Below, piece by piece: positions 1-13,432 of a DNA stretch of 64,000 nt (position 1 is its first letter; each line of letters begins with the position of its first letter). A program made the translations under genes and the position numbers. Under the pieces are notes generated by a model, which had not been told where the DNA came from, did no database searches, and worked only from the letters and a program-made list of their open reading frames with translations. The DNA is from Chrysomallon squamiferum. Lineage: Eukaryota > Animalia > Mollusca. The stretch spans positions 13,702,001 through 13,766,000 of the forward strand of contig CM022668.1 in NCBI GenBank assembly GCA_012295275.1, written 5' to 3'.

Positions 1-2070
1 TTTCATGAGAGGTAATCTAAGTTGTTATTTTCATTCTCCCTAATCCTCATCAAATTAGTTTTGTTGTTGTTGCTGCTGCTAGAGTAATTGTTGTAGCTGT
101 TGTTAATGATTGTGATATTTAGCAGGAGTGTTTTTATTATTATTGTTGTTTTTTTGTTTCTGTCTAAACACATATATAGTAATGTATACTTGATTGTTAT
201 TACAAAAATGTGTCTCACTGTTTACCTGCATACTCATTTGCCACTAGGACTTGCAAAATAATTAGCAATGATTTATTGATTTAGGTGTATAATACAGATA
301 ACCAAAACAATATTTCTGATTCATTTACCTTTATATTTTGTAATATTAATGTGCATGAGTTAGATGTGATATACCAGTTATATAACATTTCAAATGATAA
401 ACTGTCAATCTTTATGTCTTTCTTTCCCAGTAAGTTTAATTTTGATCTTGTTTCAGGAGCAGCTTTTGTTTCACTGATCTTATGTTGGTCTAGAAACAGC
501 TTAAGAAACAGATATGCTTTCTGTTAATGAAAAATGGAGAGAAAAGATCCTTTGCTGAAGACTGAAACAGAGCAGGCACACAGTAAGAAACTTGACTTTT
601 TCACTAATCATTGTTAGTTTATACTATGTTAATCATTCTGCAAAAGCATACACTATCCATCACAATTAGATTAAAATCTATTTCTGTCTCTGTATATTTA
701 GATATATAGATAGCCAGATAGATATACAGATGACCTCCCTCTTCATGTGTTCCTTTCTTTCCCATGTTTCCATCAATTATCTTGTTTTAAATATTAAAAA
801 TATTTCAGCAGTTTCAATAAGGACTAATTTTGTTTTCTTTCATCAACGATCCCGAAACAAAAACTGATTAATTATACTTTAAACATACAAATATTCATTG
901 CAGGTACCAGACATTACTTGATGTTAACAATAAACATCATCAACAACAACAATAACAAAAACAATAATAATAAATGTGCTCCAAGTGGAAGGGCGAAATT
1001 AAATACCTAGGATTCTTTAATTCATTGGAGGTAATCTAAGTTTGTTATTTTCATTCTCCCTAAACCTCGTCAAGTTAGTTTTGTTTCCTTCGCTGGAGTT
1101 TGATTAGTTTTGTTGTTGTTGCTGCTGCTAGTGTAGTTGTTGTTGCTTTTGCTATGATTATGATATTTATTGGGAGTATTTTTATTACTATTATTATTGT
1201 TGTTTTTGTTTCTGTCTACATAGGTGTATAGGAATGTATTTTTGTTTGTTATTGCAAAAACTTGTCTCACTGTTTATCTGCATACATATTTGCCTCTAGG
1301 ACTTACAGAATAATTAGCACTGATTTATTGATTTTGGTGTAAAATACAGATAATCAAAAGTTTATGTTTCTGATTCATTTACGTTTATATTTTGTAGTAT
1401 TAATGTGCATGAGTTAGATATGCTATACCATTCAGTTTCATTTTGATAGGTTTTCAGGAGTGGCTTTTGTTTCCCTGATGTTATGTTGGTCTATAAACAC
1501 TTTAAGAAACAAATATTCTTTCTGTTAATGAAAAACTGTAGAGAAAATTCTTTGCTGAGGACTGTAATAGTAACCCCACTGTAAGATACTTATATTTTTC
1601 ACTAATCATTGTCAGTTTGATCTTTTTACTATATTTATGTTTCTTTAAAACCATACATTATAATTCATAATTAGATTAAAATCTCTTTCTAGATCTGTAT
1701 ATATAGATATATAGATAGCCAGATAGATATCTGGATGATCTCCCTCTATACCTCTTTGTTTCTTTCCCCTGTTTCCATCAATTATCTTGTTTTAAATATT
1801 CATATTTCAGTAGTTTCAATAAGGACTAACTTTATTTTCATTCATAAATGATATAGAAAAAACTGGTTAATTATTCATTGATTAAGCAGACACAAATAAT
1901 CACTGCAGTTAAATTTTTGCAGTCACTTGTAACTCAATTTTTTTCTTTTCTTGCATCAAAAAGTGTTGAATTGCTCAATAGCACTCCATAAATTAAAAAG
2001 AGGTGCTCTGACTAGGAAGGTGAAATTAAATGTGTATGATATTGCAATTCCAGGGGAATAATTTAAATTG
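1..2070. repeat. Tandem duplication, unit ~1020 bp, two diverged copies
   Basis: Positions 1-60 match 1021-1080 and similarity continues through the unit. Further copies lie at ~10300-10900 (direct) and ~7200-7900 (inverted). Confidence 0.85.
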
Positions 2071-3789
2071 TTGTTTTTTTTGTTATGAATTCACATCCAT
2101 TTTTTTTTTTTATTAATGGATTTTTACTGTTTTTATGAATTTTGGTGATTTTAACTGGGTTTTTTTGATAAATTTTAGTAACCTTAAATTTTTTTTTTTA
2201 AGGACCTATTTTATTTTTTTTCTCCTTTTCTAATGAATTTTTTTAAAATTTTTTTTACTGTTATTGTCATTGATTTTGGTCACTTTAGTTGTCTTTGACG
2301 TTGTTGTCAATATTTGGTAATTTCAGTTGTTGTTGTTTTCGTCGTGGATTTTGTTCATTTGTATTACTTTTGTCTTTGTCATTGATTATTGGTAATTGTG
2401 ATTGTTGTTGCTGTCATGCATTTTGGTTGTTTTGATCTTGGAGTTTTGTTACTGTTGTTGTTATCAGACTGGATTTTGGTCATATTTGTTGTTGCTACTA
2501 TGGTTCCGGATTTAGATCAGTATAATTGCTATGGTGGGTGTTGTTGTTGTTGCTGTTGTTCTCATGGAGGTAGTCATATCAGTTGTTGTTCTTCGAAATT
2601 TTTGTCATTATATTTGCTGTTGTTGTCGTTTTTGTAGCTGTTGCTGTGATTTTGGAATTTGCTCACATTGATTGTTATTGTACTCAATGTTGTTTTCTTA
2701 CATTTGGGCCATTGTTTTGTTGTTTTTGTTCTTGTGTGCTTAATGTATTTGGAATTATTTATGTATTGTTGTTGCTGTTGTGGGTTTTAATTATACTAAT
2801 TGTTCTTCTTGTTGTTGTCGTGTATTTGGTTAATTTATTTATTGTAGGTTTTTATTATATTAGTTATTCTTCTTGCTTTGTCATGTATTTTGGTTTATTT
2901 ATTTATTGTAGGTTTTAATTATATTAGTTATTCTTCTTGCTGTTGTCATGTATTTCTATTTATTTATTGTTGTTTGTTTCTTGTTATTGACTTTCCTGTT
3001 GAAGCCACAACAAGACTGTGCATTTTAAGTAAGCCAAGGTAATACTTGGACCTTTCTGAAGATGCAGAACCTTATTCTAAATAATTAGTTTGTGCTGTAG
3101 AAACTATAAATCGTTTATTTAGTAGTTTATAGCTGGTTTTTCTTTGCAATAGCACTTTCTTTTATACTGTAACTGTATGTAACATCTTGGCCTAAAACTA
3201 TGATTACAAGATACCCGAATTTTGACATGTCTGTATTCCACTGGGAACAACAACAACAATAATAACAATAATAACAATAATAATAATACAATAACAATAA
3301 CAATAATAATATCAACAATAACATTAATAATAATAATAAGAAGAAGAAGAAAATATCTGCATGTGTATTAAAAAAATGTTGCATTACTCCACACAGTTCA
3401 TAAATTAAAAGTGTACGATGTTACAGTTCAAGGGAGAGAATCCAAGTCGTTCTTGTTGTCCCAAATTGTCGTCGTTTGTTCCCAGGTTATTTTAGTTGTC
3501 ATTGTTGATGATGTTGTTGTTGTACTTGTTATTGCTATTGTGACTATTCTGAAAATGTGTTCAAATTATTTGTTTTTAAAAGGTTTTGTCGTAATTTTTT
3601 TTTTATCCTGTTATTATTATTATTATTTAATTCTTGTTAGTTGTTGCTTTGCTGTTAGCCCTCGTTTCTGTTGTTGCAACTTTCTGATATTTTTAGTTTA
3701 ATGTATTTTTTATGTACATACAGACTATGCAGCAGACAAAAACACATATGAACATATGCGAACACACAGATTCATAAAAATACCAGCAC

Positions 3790-4330
3790 TGTACAGTAAA
3801 ATCAAACATATATATATGTCTAAATAGGATCTAGGTACATGAAGTACTTTCTCATTTATATTTCAGTAAGCTGATTCAAAATATTGTTAAAATTTAATTT
3901 CCGCAGTAAGAACGATTAATGCCAAATCACTGAGCTTCTCATCTTTGAGACTGGATCACAGGTAATTCTTAACAATTTTCTCGCAGGAAAAAACAAAAAA
4001 CAAAAGAAAAACCTCTCTGCAGAAATTTGTATCGAGAAGTGACAAGTGAATAGGTAAGGAAATGTACGTTTGAAATTTTTTCTCGCAATTCATTTTTTGA
4101 CAGTTTTCACCGAGTGATAAATTAAAACTGGGGGTTGAGCCCAACCCATTCGGCCCTGTCTGTGCATCAAAAGTTCCCATAAATTGTCCCATTATTTCTT
4201 TTTGTGTAGATTAACTCACTTTAGCATCTCTCTTATAGGAGGATTCCTTTAAATTAATTCCACATTCTTATGACATTTAACACTAAGAGAGAAAATTAAA
4301 AGTTTGCATATATGTGTTCTAAAATGATTC
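3790..4330 (-). mobile_element. hAT 3'-end remnant
   Basis: Same family; ORF 3956-4192 shows HLSLLDTNFCRE...IVKNYL. Confidence 0.68.
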
Positions 4331-5289
4331 ATTACGATCTTTGCAAATGAATTTCAAAATTAAGAAAGAATATAAACTCCACTATCGTCCTCTTTATCAA
4401 GTTCTTTATCAAGAAAATACCTAAAGTTGATAAACTGATTAATTACTTTATTTATTACAATTTAAATAAATTCAAAATGTTTTACCCGAAGCCAAAGTTT
4501 CTCTTTTTCTTAATTTAATAAAATTCTAAAACTGAATTCAGCTCGGACTGTTCACTAAAGAATTGCTATGTGATAGCCGCTTGATAACTCGTATTTCAGA
4601 TGACTCAGTTAACATCTTCACCGATAAAGGAAACTAACTCTTTGACATGTGTAGTATCTCTAAATAACAACGCGTAACCAAAGTACGACATAACAAATAT
4701 TATTCCATTGAATATGTGTGTGCATTACAGGTTTTAAATTTAAAATTAAAATAATGATATAATAAATATGTTATTTCTTCAATCATGCATACAAAAAAAC
4801 ATGTAGTATAAAATACAATACATTTAACATGGACTGTTTCTAATGGGTGGATTCTCTCTGCTTCATAAATACATGAATAATTTAGTTACTTATAACGTGT
4901 GTAATTGAGAAAAACTAAGTTTGTAGACAAATCTATTATCTCTGCATTTGTCTGTCTTTGAACAAATATAATTCTTGACATTTTTGTATTAGACTGTTAA
5001 GTATACCAACATACACATACACAGGGATACACACAAAATTATACAAATAAAAATGAAAGTAATAATAATAGAATAAATACATAAAATTCTAATTCAAGTA
5101 ATTAACATTCTAATAGGTTTCGAAATTAAAAAACAAGAAACTAAACTCCACTAATTCCCTTTTTGTCAACTACAAGTGTTTTCTTCCTGTTAAGTTAGTC
5201 CTTATTAATTATTTAATTTATTTATTACAAATTTATAACATCTTTCCCTCAAACATATTTAATCGTTTCCCCAAGATAATACAATCTCA

Positions 5290-6230
5290 AAATTGAATTC
5301 AGTTAGGACTGTTAGCCTCAAAATTAATTTCTCATAGCCGCTTGAAGGCAAATACAGCACATGACTCGGTTTTGATATAAAAGTTTGCAACATACAGTGC
5401 TGTATTAATCGAAGATGGGGCCTTCACACTTGGTTCAAAAGTACTACTAATTCAGTTATTGGCGTACTTTAGAAGGAGTAATTTTTTCTTGGTTCTTTAA
5501 ACCTAAGGTGGGATCATTACACTTCGAGCTTTTTGGGGGTCCTCAATGCCTCTCCTCACACAGTGGACTGCAATAATATTAGAAATGAAGTAACTAATAG
5601 AACATCAAAGAAAATAATTTCATGTTTTCTGACAACCTTTAATTTGCATGAAGCAAAGCAACACTACAAATACAAGTAATGTACTGCAAAAATCAAACAG
5701 ATATATGCCTAAATAGGATCTAGGTACATGAAGTGCTTTCTCATTTATATTTCAGTAAGCCGATTCATTACGTTAAATTTAATTTCCGCAGTACGAACGA
5801 TTCTTCATTCATAAATGCCAAATTACTGAGTTTCTCATCTTTGAGACTGTATCAAGATAATTCTTAATACATTTAAGAACAGGAAAAAACAACAACAAAA
5901 AGAAACCTCTCTCCAGAAGTAACAAATGAATAGGTAAGGAAATGTACGTTTCGAAAAGTTTCTTGCAATTCATTTTTAACAGTTTTCACCGAGTGATAAA
6001 TTAAAACTGGGGGTTTACCCCAACCCGTTTGGGCCTGACTGTGTGTCAAAATTTCCCCAAAATTGACCCATTATTTCTTTTTGTGTAGATTAACTCACCC
6101 TTAGTGTCTCTCCTATGAGAGGATTCCTGTAAATTAATTTCACATTCTTATGACATTTAACACTAAGAGAGAAAAATAAAAAAAAAGGTTGCATATATAT
6201 GTTATAAAATGTTTCATAACGAACTTCAAA
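5290..6230 (-). mobile_element. hAT 3'-end remnant
   Basis: Near-copy of 3790-4330 plus the subterminal block (cttcgagcttttttggggg). Confidence 0.68.
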
Positions 6231-6244
6231 AAAAAAAAGTATCA

Positions 6245-6620
6245 AAATGCAGGGAGTAATGCAGAGCTCTGAGGAAGAGTTAAAGCAAAAATTAAAATTG
6301 CTCGAAATGGAAAGACAAACACAAATAAAAACGAAAGGCAAACACGAATGGAAGAAATTGAAAATGCACAGAAACAGCTAGAAACAGATCTTAAGGCAAA
6401 AGAAGAAGAAAATAGAAGATAGACAAGAAAAGAAGTGAAAAAGGAAGCAGAAGCAGACAGCAGAACCACTGATATGGTCAGAGATGCTGTTACATTATTT
6501 GCTCGAAATATTGCTGTTAATACATTTAAGACTGTCAGGAAACGGCTTTAAATGCATTCAAGTTTATTTTTGGCAAATGAGCCTCAGTAATATGTTGGAG
6601 ATAAAAAAATGAAAACAAAG
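6245..6620 (+). pseudogene. GIMAP: GIMAP 3' fragment (end of coiled coil and C-terminal helix)
   Basis: Translates to RKEVKKEAEADSRTTDMVRDAVTLFARNIAVNTFKTV...NEPQ*YVGDK, matching the C-terminus of copy A. It contains stops, has no G domain and abuts repeat sequence. Confidence 0.78.
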
Positions 6621-6761
6621 AACTAACCAGTGAACTGAGTATCAGTATCGTCATAACTGTTGCTGACATCTCTTCTGTTTATATATTCCTGTCAAAAATA
6701 AATAAATAAATAAATAAATAAAACCAAGCCACTGCTATATTTTCCCTTTGTATGTTATGTC

Positions 6762-6868
<107 letters not shown>

Positions 6869-7412
6869 TAACATTAGATTAGTTCTTATATTTAGTGTTT
6901 TCTGCATTGTGGCAGACATTTATTTGACTAGGTTATCACTACACAATAATGCAGCTTTCCACCAATTTATTTAGTAAATTTCTATGCCTGAAGAGTTAAG
7001 TGTATTTATATTTATATATCTGGCATAATGTTTATTATTAGTAGTTCTACTACTACTAGCATTACTGCTACTGCTGTTGTTTCTGTTACCACTACTAGTA
7101 CTATTGTATAATAATTGTTATTATTATTATTACTAATTAGTGTTATTATTATTTGTATTGGGTTTTTTACTAATTACTTTTATTATTATTACTAAATAAT
7201 ATCTGATAACTGGAGTGAATATTTACGTTTGCTTAATGTATAATTAACCAATATTTGTTTCTCCGTCATTTAACAATAAAAATAAGATTACTGCTTGCTG
7301 AAAATGCTGAAATTGTCTTAATATTTAAAACTGAAATATATGCTTTTGATATTTTATAATCAAAACAACTATTGATGAAAACTGGGGAAAGAGAGAAAGA
7401 CAGAAAAAGGGA

Positions 7413-7451
<39 letters not shown>

Positions 7452-8835
7452 CATATATATATATACACATACACACAGATATAGATTTTTATATACTATT
7501 GGTTTATAATGTATGGTTTTGTGGAATCATATGTATAGTAAAAGATCAAGCTGATAATGACAGGTAAAAGATATAACAGTTGGGTTCTCTTTTTAGTCTT
7601 CAGCAATGGATCTTTTTTCTGCACCTTATCACTGACAGGAAGAACATTTGTCCACTCCTGAAAAAAAGACACAAAATTAAACTGACACTCACACAAACAA
7701 AATAAATAAATAACAGAAACAGAGACAGACAAATCAGAAATGTTGATGATTTGGAAATTCATGTAACATAGTACATCCGGTATAGCACATTAATATTGCA
7801 GAATATGAAAGTATAAAATATAAAAATAAATGCTAATTATTTTATAAGTTGTAGGGTTAAATATTTATTCTTCATAAATAGTGAAATAGGATACTGTAAT
7901 AAAGAAACAAGAGTACATTAATATATATGCGAATAGACAATAATAATAAAATACCTACCAGTTTAAAATATAACATGAACAATAACATATTACATATTAT
8001 GTAAATTCAGAAATAAAATATTAAAATACAATGATACAAAAGTGTAACAACGAGAACAGCAGACCAAAAACAACGCAACATCAACTAACAAGAACCAAAC
8101 AAAAATTAATATATAAATATTCAAAATATAAACATCAACAATATCGTTATAGCCAAAATGTAAGAGAGTACCTTTAAACAACAAATAATTTGTCCACCTT
8201 TCATATCGATAACAACAGGAGCACAAACAACAACACCAACGACGACAACAAAAGTAGCCAAAATCCAGCAACCACGAGATTTCGAGATACCAAAAAACAA
8301 CTTAAGTTCTCTCCCTTGAATTGCAATATCCTACGCATTTAATTTCGCCCTTCTAGTGGGAGCACCCTTTTTTTATTTATGGACTGTGCGGAACAAGGCA
8401 ACATTTTCTGATACAAGTATTTTATTTTGTTGATGTTGTTGTTATTATTATTATTGTTATTATTATTATTATTACTGTTCACAGTCGATTACGGACACGT
8501 CAAAGTTGTCGTACCATAACCTATATCATAATGTCATAACCTAAGATTTTGTACTGTTAGATGCATTAAATATAGTTGCAATATAAAAGAAATTACTATA
8601 TTATCTTATAAACTGTAACAAGAAATTTGCTTACAAAAGCGCTGAAATCATGTACTGAATAATGAAAGTTGTGTGCTGTTTGTATTTATTCAATAATATA
8701 AAGGTATGACTAAATTATGGCTCAGCAGAAACGTTATGCTGCCGCACAAATAACATAAAATACATTTTACTTAATTATTTTATTGTGAAAAAGGAATTCG
8801 GTGCTAAAACTGTCTGGAAACTGAATATTATACAA

Positions 8836-8909
<74 letters not shown>

Positions 8910-10036
8910 GTGTATTTATATATAAATGTAGGTATGTTTCTATGAATGTGTCTATATCTATATGTGTATATGTAAATATGCATATGTGTGTGAACTATGT
9001 ATTATTGTAAGTTAAATAAATCGTTGTTAAGTACTAGACATATCATAATGGAGTCATGTTGGGGGTTGTTCTTTGAGCCATTAATTTTATTTTATTATTA
9101 TTATTAATATTTAATGGATTTTAGTATTCTTTATTGCTGTTGTTTCAATGAATTTTGGTCATAATTCTTGTTACTGTTGTCGCTGATTTGTCTTTTTATC
9201 TTTTCTGTAGTTGTTGCTGCGGTTGTGGAATTTGGTCACATTGACTGTTATTGTTGTCACTGTTGTTTTCTTATTTTTGTTATTAAAGAGAACAAAGAAC
9301 TAATTAGTGAACTGACCATTATGTTTAGATATTTGTTATATATTAATATATTATTTTATTGATTTTGTTCCTCTGTGGTTAATGTATTCCGATTTATTTA
9401 TTTATTTATTTATTTATTGTTGTTGTTTTGTTTGTATTGTTCTGAGTTTTAGTTATATTAGTTATTCTTCTTGCGTTTGACACGTATTTCGGTTTATTTC
9501 TTTCTTGTTGTTGTTGTTGCTGTCGTTGTTGTTGTTGGATATTCTTATTGTACTAGTTATTCTTCTTGCTATTGTGATGTATTTCTATTTATTTATTGTT
9601 GTTGTTTCTTGTTGTTGACTCTCCAGTTGAAGCCACAACAGCACTGTCCATTTTAAGTAAGATATGGTAATACTTGGACCATTTTGAAGTTGCACAACCG
9701 TATTCTGAATAATTAGTTTGTGATGTAGAAACTATAAACCATTTATTTAGTAGTTCATAGCTGGTTTTTCTTCCGACTAGAACTTTCTATTATACTGTTA
9801 CTGTATTTAATACATCTAACAATACAGTGGCCTAAGACTGAAACTAAACGCGAACGATATTGCAATCAAGGGAGAGAATCTATGTTGTTCCTGACCCGAA
9901 GTCTGGTGAAGTTTTTTTGTTTTTTCTTCTTATCTTAGTTGTCATTTTGTTGTTGTTGTTGTTGTAATTGTTGCTACCATTTTGGCATTCTGAAATGTGT
10001 TCAAAGTATTTGTTTTTTAAAAGTGTTCTCTTATAT

Positions 10037-10072
<36 letters not shown>

Positions 10073-11012
10073 TTGTTCTTGTTGGTTGTTGTTGTTTTGC
10101 TGTTGGCCTTCAGTTCTCGTTGTCACTTTTTATGTTTTTAGTTTAATGCTTTGTTATATAAATATGAAACACATACGTGGTTTTGTTAATATATAAATAT
10201 TCATTGTTCATGATATTTAGTTAACTATTATTACTGTTGTTGTTGTTGATATTGTCCGTCTCTATACATGTATGTAATTATGTAAGCTTGTTTATTTATT
10301 ACAGTAGCCTATCTCACTAGTTACATAGCATAAATATTTCCGACTAAAACTTACAAACTAATTAACATTGATTTATTGATTTATAATATAGATAGTCAAA
10401 AATATGTATATATATATATATATATATATAAAACTTTTCAAATCATCAACATCTCTGACCTCCATTGATGATTTGTCGGTATCTGTTTCACTCAGTTTAA
10501 TTTTGATCTTTTATTTTTCATTAGTGGCTTTGGTTTCAGCGATGTTATGTTGGTCTTTAAACACATTAAACAAAAACAAATAATCTTTCTCTTGACGAGA
10601 GAGTGCAGAGAAAACATCATTTGATAAAGATGGAAAAAGTGTAACCCCAATGTAAGAAAGACAATTATATGTTTCACTTGCCATTTTCAGTTTAATCGTT
10701 CACTATATGTATGATTCTACAAAACTATACATTATAAAATCATAATTAGAGTAAAATCTCTGTTTCTGTCTGTATCTAGATAGCCAGCAAGCTAGATAGA
10801 TAGATAGAAAGACGGATAGATAATCTCCCTCTCCCTATTTCTTTTTTTCACCTTTTTCCATCAATTATGCATTAAGCAAACAAATATTCACTCCAGTTAT
10901 CAGATGTTTCGAAATAATAATAACAGTAATTAATAATAATAATAATAATAATAATAATTATTTCTCTTGTTCTCTTTAATAACAAAATGTTTTTGATTAT
11001 TTTCTCTTGTTT

Positions 11013-12376
11013 TCATTGTTTATCTCCAACATCTTGCTGAGGCTCGTTTACCGCAGTAAAATAATTCCATGCATGTGTAACCAATCCCCCCACAGTCTTA
11101 ACTGTATTTCCAACAGCAATTCCAAAAACTAGTGATACAGCATCTCCAACAGCATTAATGATTCCACCGCCGGCTTCTGCTTCCTTTCTCACTTCATTTC
11201 TTGCCTGACTCCTATATTCATCTTCTTTTGCCTTAATATATGCCTCTAGTTTCCTCCGTTGTTTTTCAATTTCCTCCTTGTACTTTTTCCGTGCTTTTTC
11301 AGCTTCTTCCTTTTGTTTTTCTCTTTGTTTTTCCATTTTTATTTGTATTTCTCTTTTCATTTCCTCTCGCATCAGTTTTAGTTTTTCCTCACTGCTCCGC
11401 ATTTCTCTTTCTCTGTCTTCCAAACGTGTGAGTTTCAGCATTTTCTCTTCACGTTTTCTAAGTTCTTCTTCCTTCTCCTTCAATATTTTCTCTTCACGTT
11501 TTCTAAGTTCTTCTTCCTTCTCCTTCAGTATTTTCTCTTTAAGTTTTCTTATTTCTTCTTCTTTCTCCTTCAATATTTTCTCTTTATTTATTCTTTCTTC
11601 TTGTTTCTCTTTTAGTATCTTTTCGCGTTTTTCTATTTCTTTTTTTTCTATTTTTTCCATGAACTCTTTCACCATTTTTTCCCGTTCTTTTTTAAATTCT
11701 TCCTCTTTGGTTTTCAGTATTTCTCGTTCACGTTTCTGTACTTCTTTTTCTGCTGCTTCCATTAATTCAGATTTATAATATTCACCGCCATTTTCTCGCA
11801 CATTGGATTTGATCATGTCAATCAGTTTGTGAGCCATTTTTTCTTTCTTTTTCTCGTCTTTTTCGCGATTGTTGAATCCAACATATCTTCTTCCACATGC
11901 ATTGATTAAAGTCTTCAGTTTTTCTGGTGCATCAGCTAGTAATTGTTCAAGATCTATTTCGTCCTCTTCGAGATCGTCAAGTCTGGTGAATAGCAGGAAC
12001 AGGTAATCAAACATTTTTTTTCCAAATACTTGCTCGTAGTATTCAATTGTTTTTTGATCTTCTGGAGTAAACCTCTTTGGCTGCAGAACCATGATGAAAG
12101 CATGTGGTCCTGGAGCACTCATCGTTATACACTGGATGATTTCTTTCGTAATCTCTCCTTGTGAACGTTCAGTGTCAAATGCTCCTGGTGTATCAGTGAT
12201 AACAATATCGTAACGAAATCGAGATTTGTGTTTTACCGCGCAGGTTGAAGTAACGGATTTCAGAGAAAGTTTAGATTCAAAACGTTTCTCTCCTAGGATG
12301 GTATTTGCTGATGCACTTTTTCCTGAGCCAGTAATCCCAATCAAAACAAGCCGCAGTTCATTGTCAGTAACGGAAT
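11013..12376 (-). CDS. GIMAP: GIMAP/AIG1-family GTPase terminal coding exon (copy A): G domain + long coiled coil + amphipathic C-terminal tail
   Basis: Open frame with [23 protein letters not shown] (G1), SVT (G2), DTPG (G3), PGPHAF...RFT, FTRLDDL (G4) and RYVGFNN, followed by a K/E-rich coiled coil. Splice acceptor ttatttcag|AT at 12377/12376 (phase 1). The true start must lie in an upstream exon. Confidence 0.93.
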
Positions 12377-13064
12377 CTGAAATAATATTAAATGCTGTGA
12401 ATCTAGAAACGAAGACATTATTTTATCTTCTCGTTCTTCATGTTGTTGTTAATATTAAACAATCAATATTATTATTATCATCGTCATTATGATAATTTTC
12501 ATTACCCGAAACACTACTACAATTACATTACAACTAATATTATTACCATTCTCTCTACTATCACCGCCTTCCACGATTTTTTCACTAAAAAGCCGTTTTC
12601 GAAGAAATATATTTTCCTTCGAGAACAGAAGTGTCTTGTCAAATAATATATGAATTCATCATATACGCGGTGTATTGTCAGTCAGGCCTCTTTAACAAAT
12701 TTGTTCCTCTCGGGAACGAAATCATAGCTAATAGTTTGTGAAACTTTAAAATGTATTTCAGGGGTCGTTTCTACAACTCGACAGTTCTGATTACAATTTG
12801 ACCCAAATCGAGGCTATCCTCGTCGCCAAACGTTTGTGTCCGCAACAACGATAAGACAGTCAGAAAATCCCAGCACAACATCAACATATCTACAGGGAAA
12901 AACGGCGAACGGAAACGAATATAATTACTTCATTTGCAATATTATTGCAGTACATAGTATGAAAGGGGAGCGCAAAATTCGATGGATGTCGAGGCCACAA
13001 AAGTCTAAGGATAATACGACACTGTATCTTGCAGACCTTTATATCAAACAACAGCGAACACTGT

Positions 13065-13432
13065 GCTGTCATCTGAAAAGCTAATACTCCGCCATGATGC
13101 AATGTTCCAGCGATCACGTTGATTACATCAGACACGTGGTGCTGCTTTGTGAGCTGAAGACAGTTTAATAGACTTCGTGGGTTGTCTGGCCCTGTATCCT
13201 GCTACTGTTGGTCATTAGGAAATGGCTGTCCCTCGTAACCACTGTGGTTTTAAAGATGTGCTTCTGCCCCATGAACGGCGTCTAACAACACTTAAAAATT
13301 CTCTGTCCTCTCTTATTGTTCGCTGCCAGGTCTTGGACGATATTTGACATTGTTGGTAGCCCTGTCTTTGTTCAAAAGTCTTGAAATGATGGAAATTTTG
13401 CGCAAACATTGACTTACAATTTGGCTGAGGGA
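13065..13432 (-). mobile_element. Tc1 fragment
   Basis: Homologous to 20700-21060; encodes WNIASWRSISFSDDS (region of the first catalytic Asp). A further small piece lies at ~14010-14240 (+). Confidence 0.72.

Noticed and set aside
2389-3701. Hydrophobic, TM-like short ORFs
   Set aside because: Derived from (GTT/ATT)n low-complexity sequence.
8480-8820. Possible DNA-transposon terminus (cagtcgattacggacacgtc) near the centre of the 6-11 kb inversion
   Set aside because: No matching second TIR or coding remnant was found.
11240-11778. Long plus-strand Ser/Phe-rich ORFs opposite the GIMAP coiled coils (also 16261-16896, 22741-23023)
   Set aside because: Antisense shadows of GAA/AAA-rich coding sequence.
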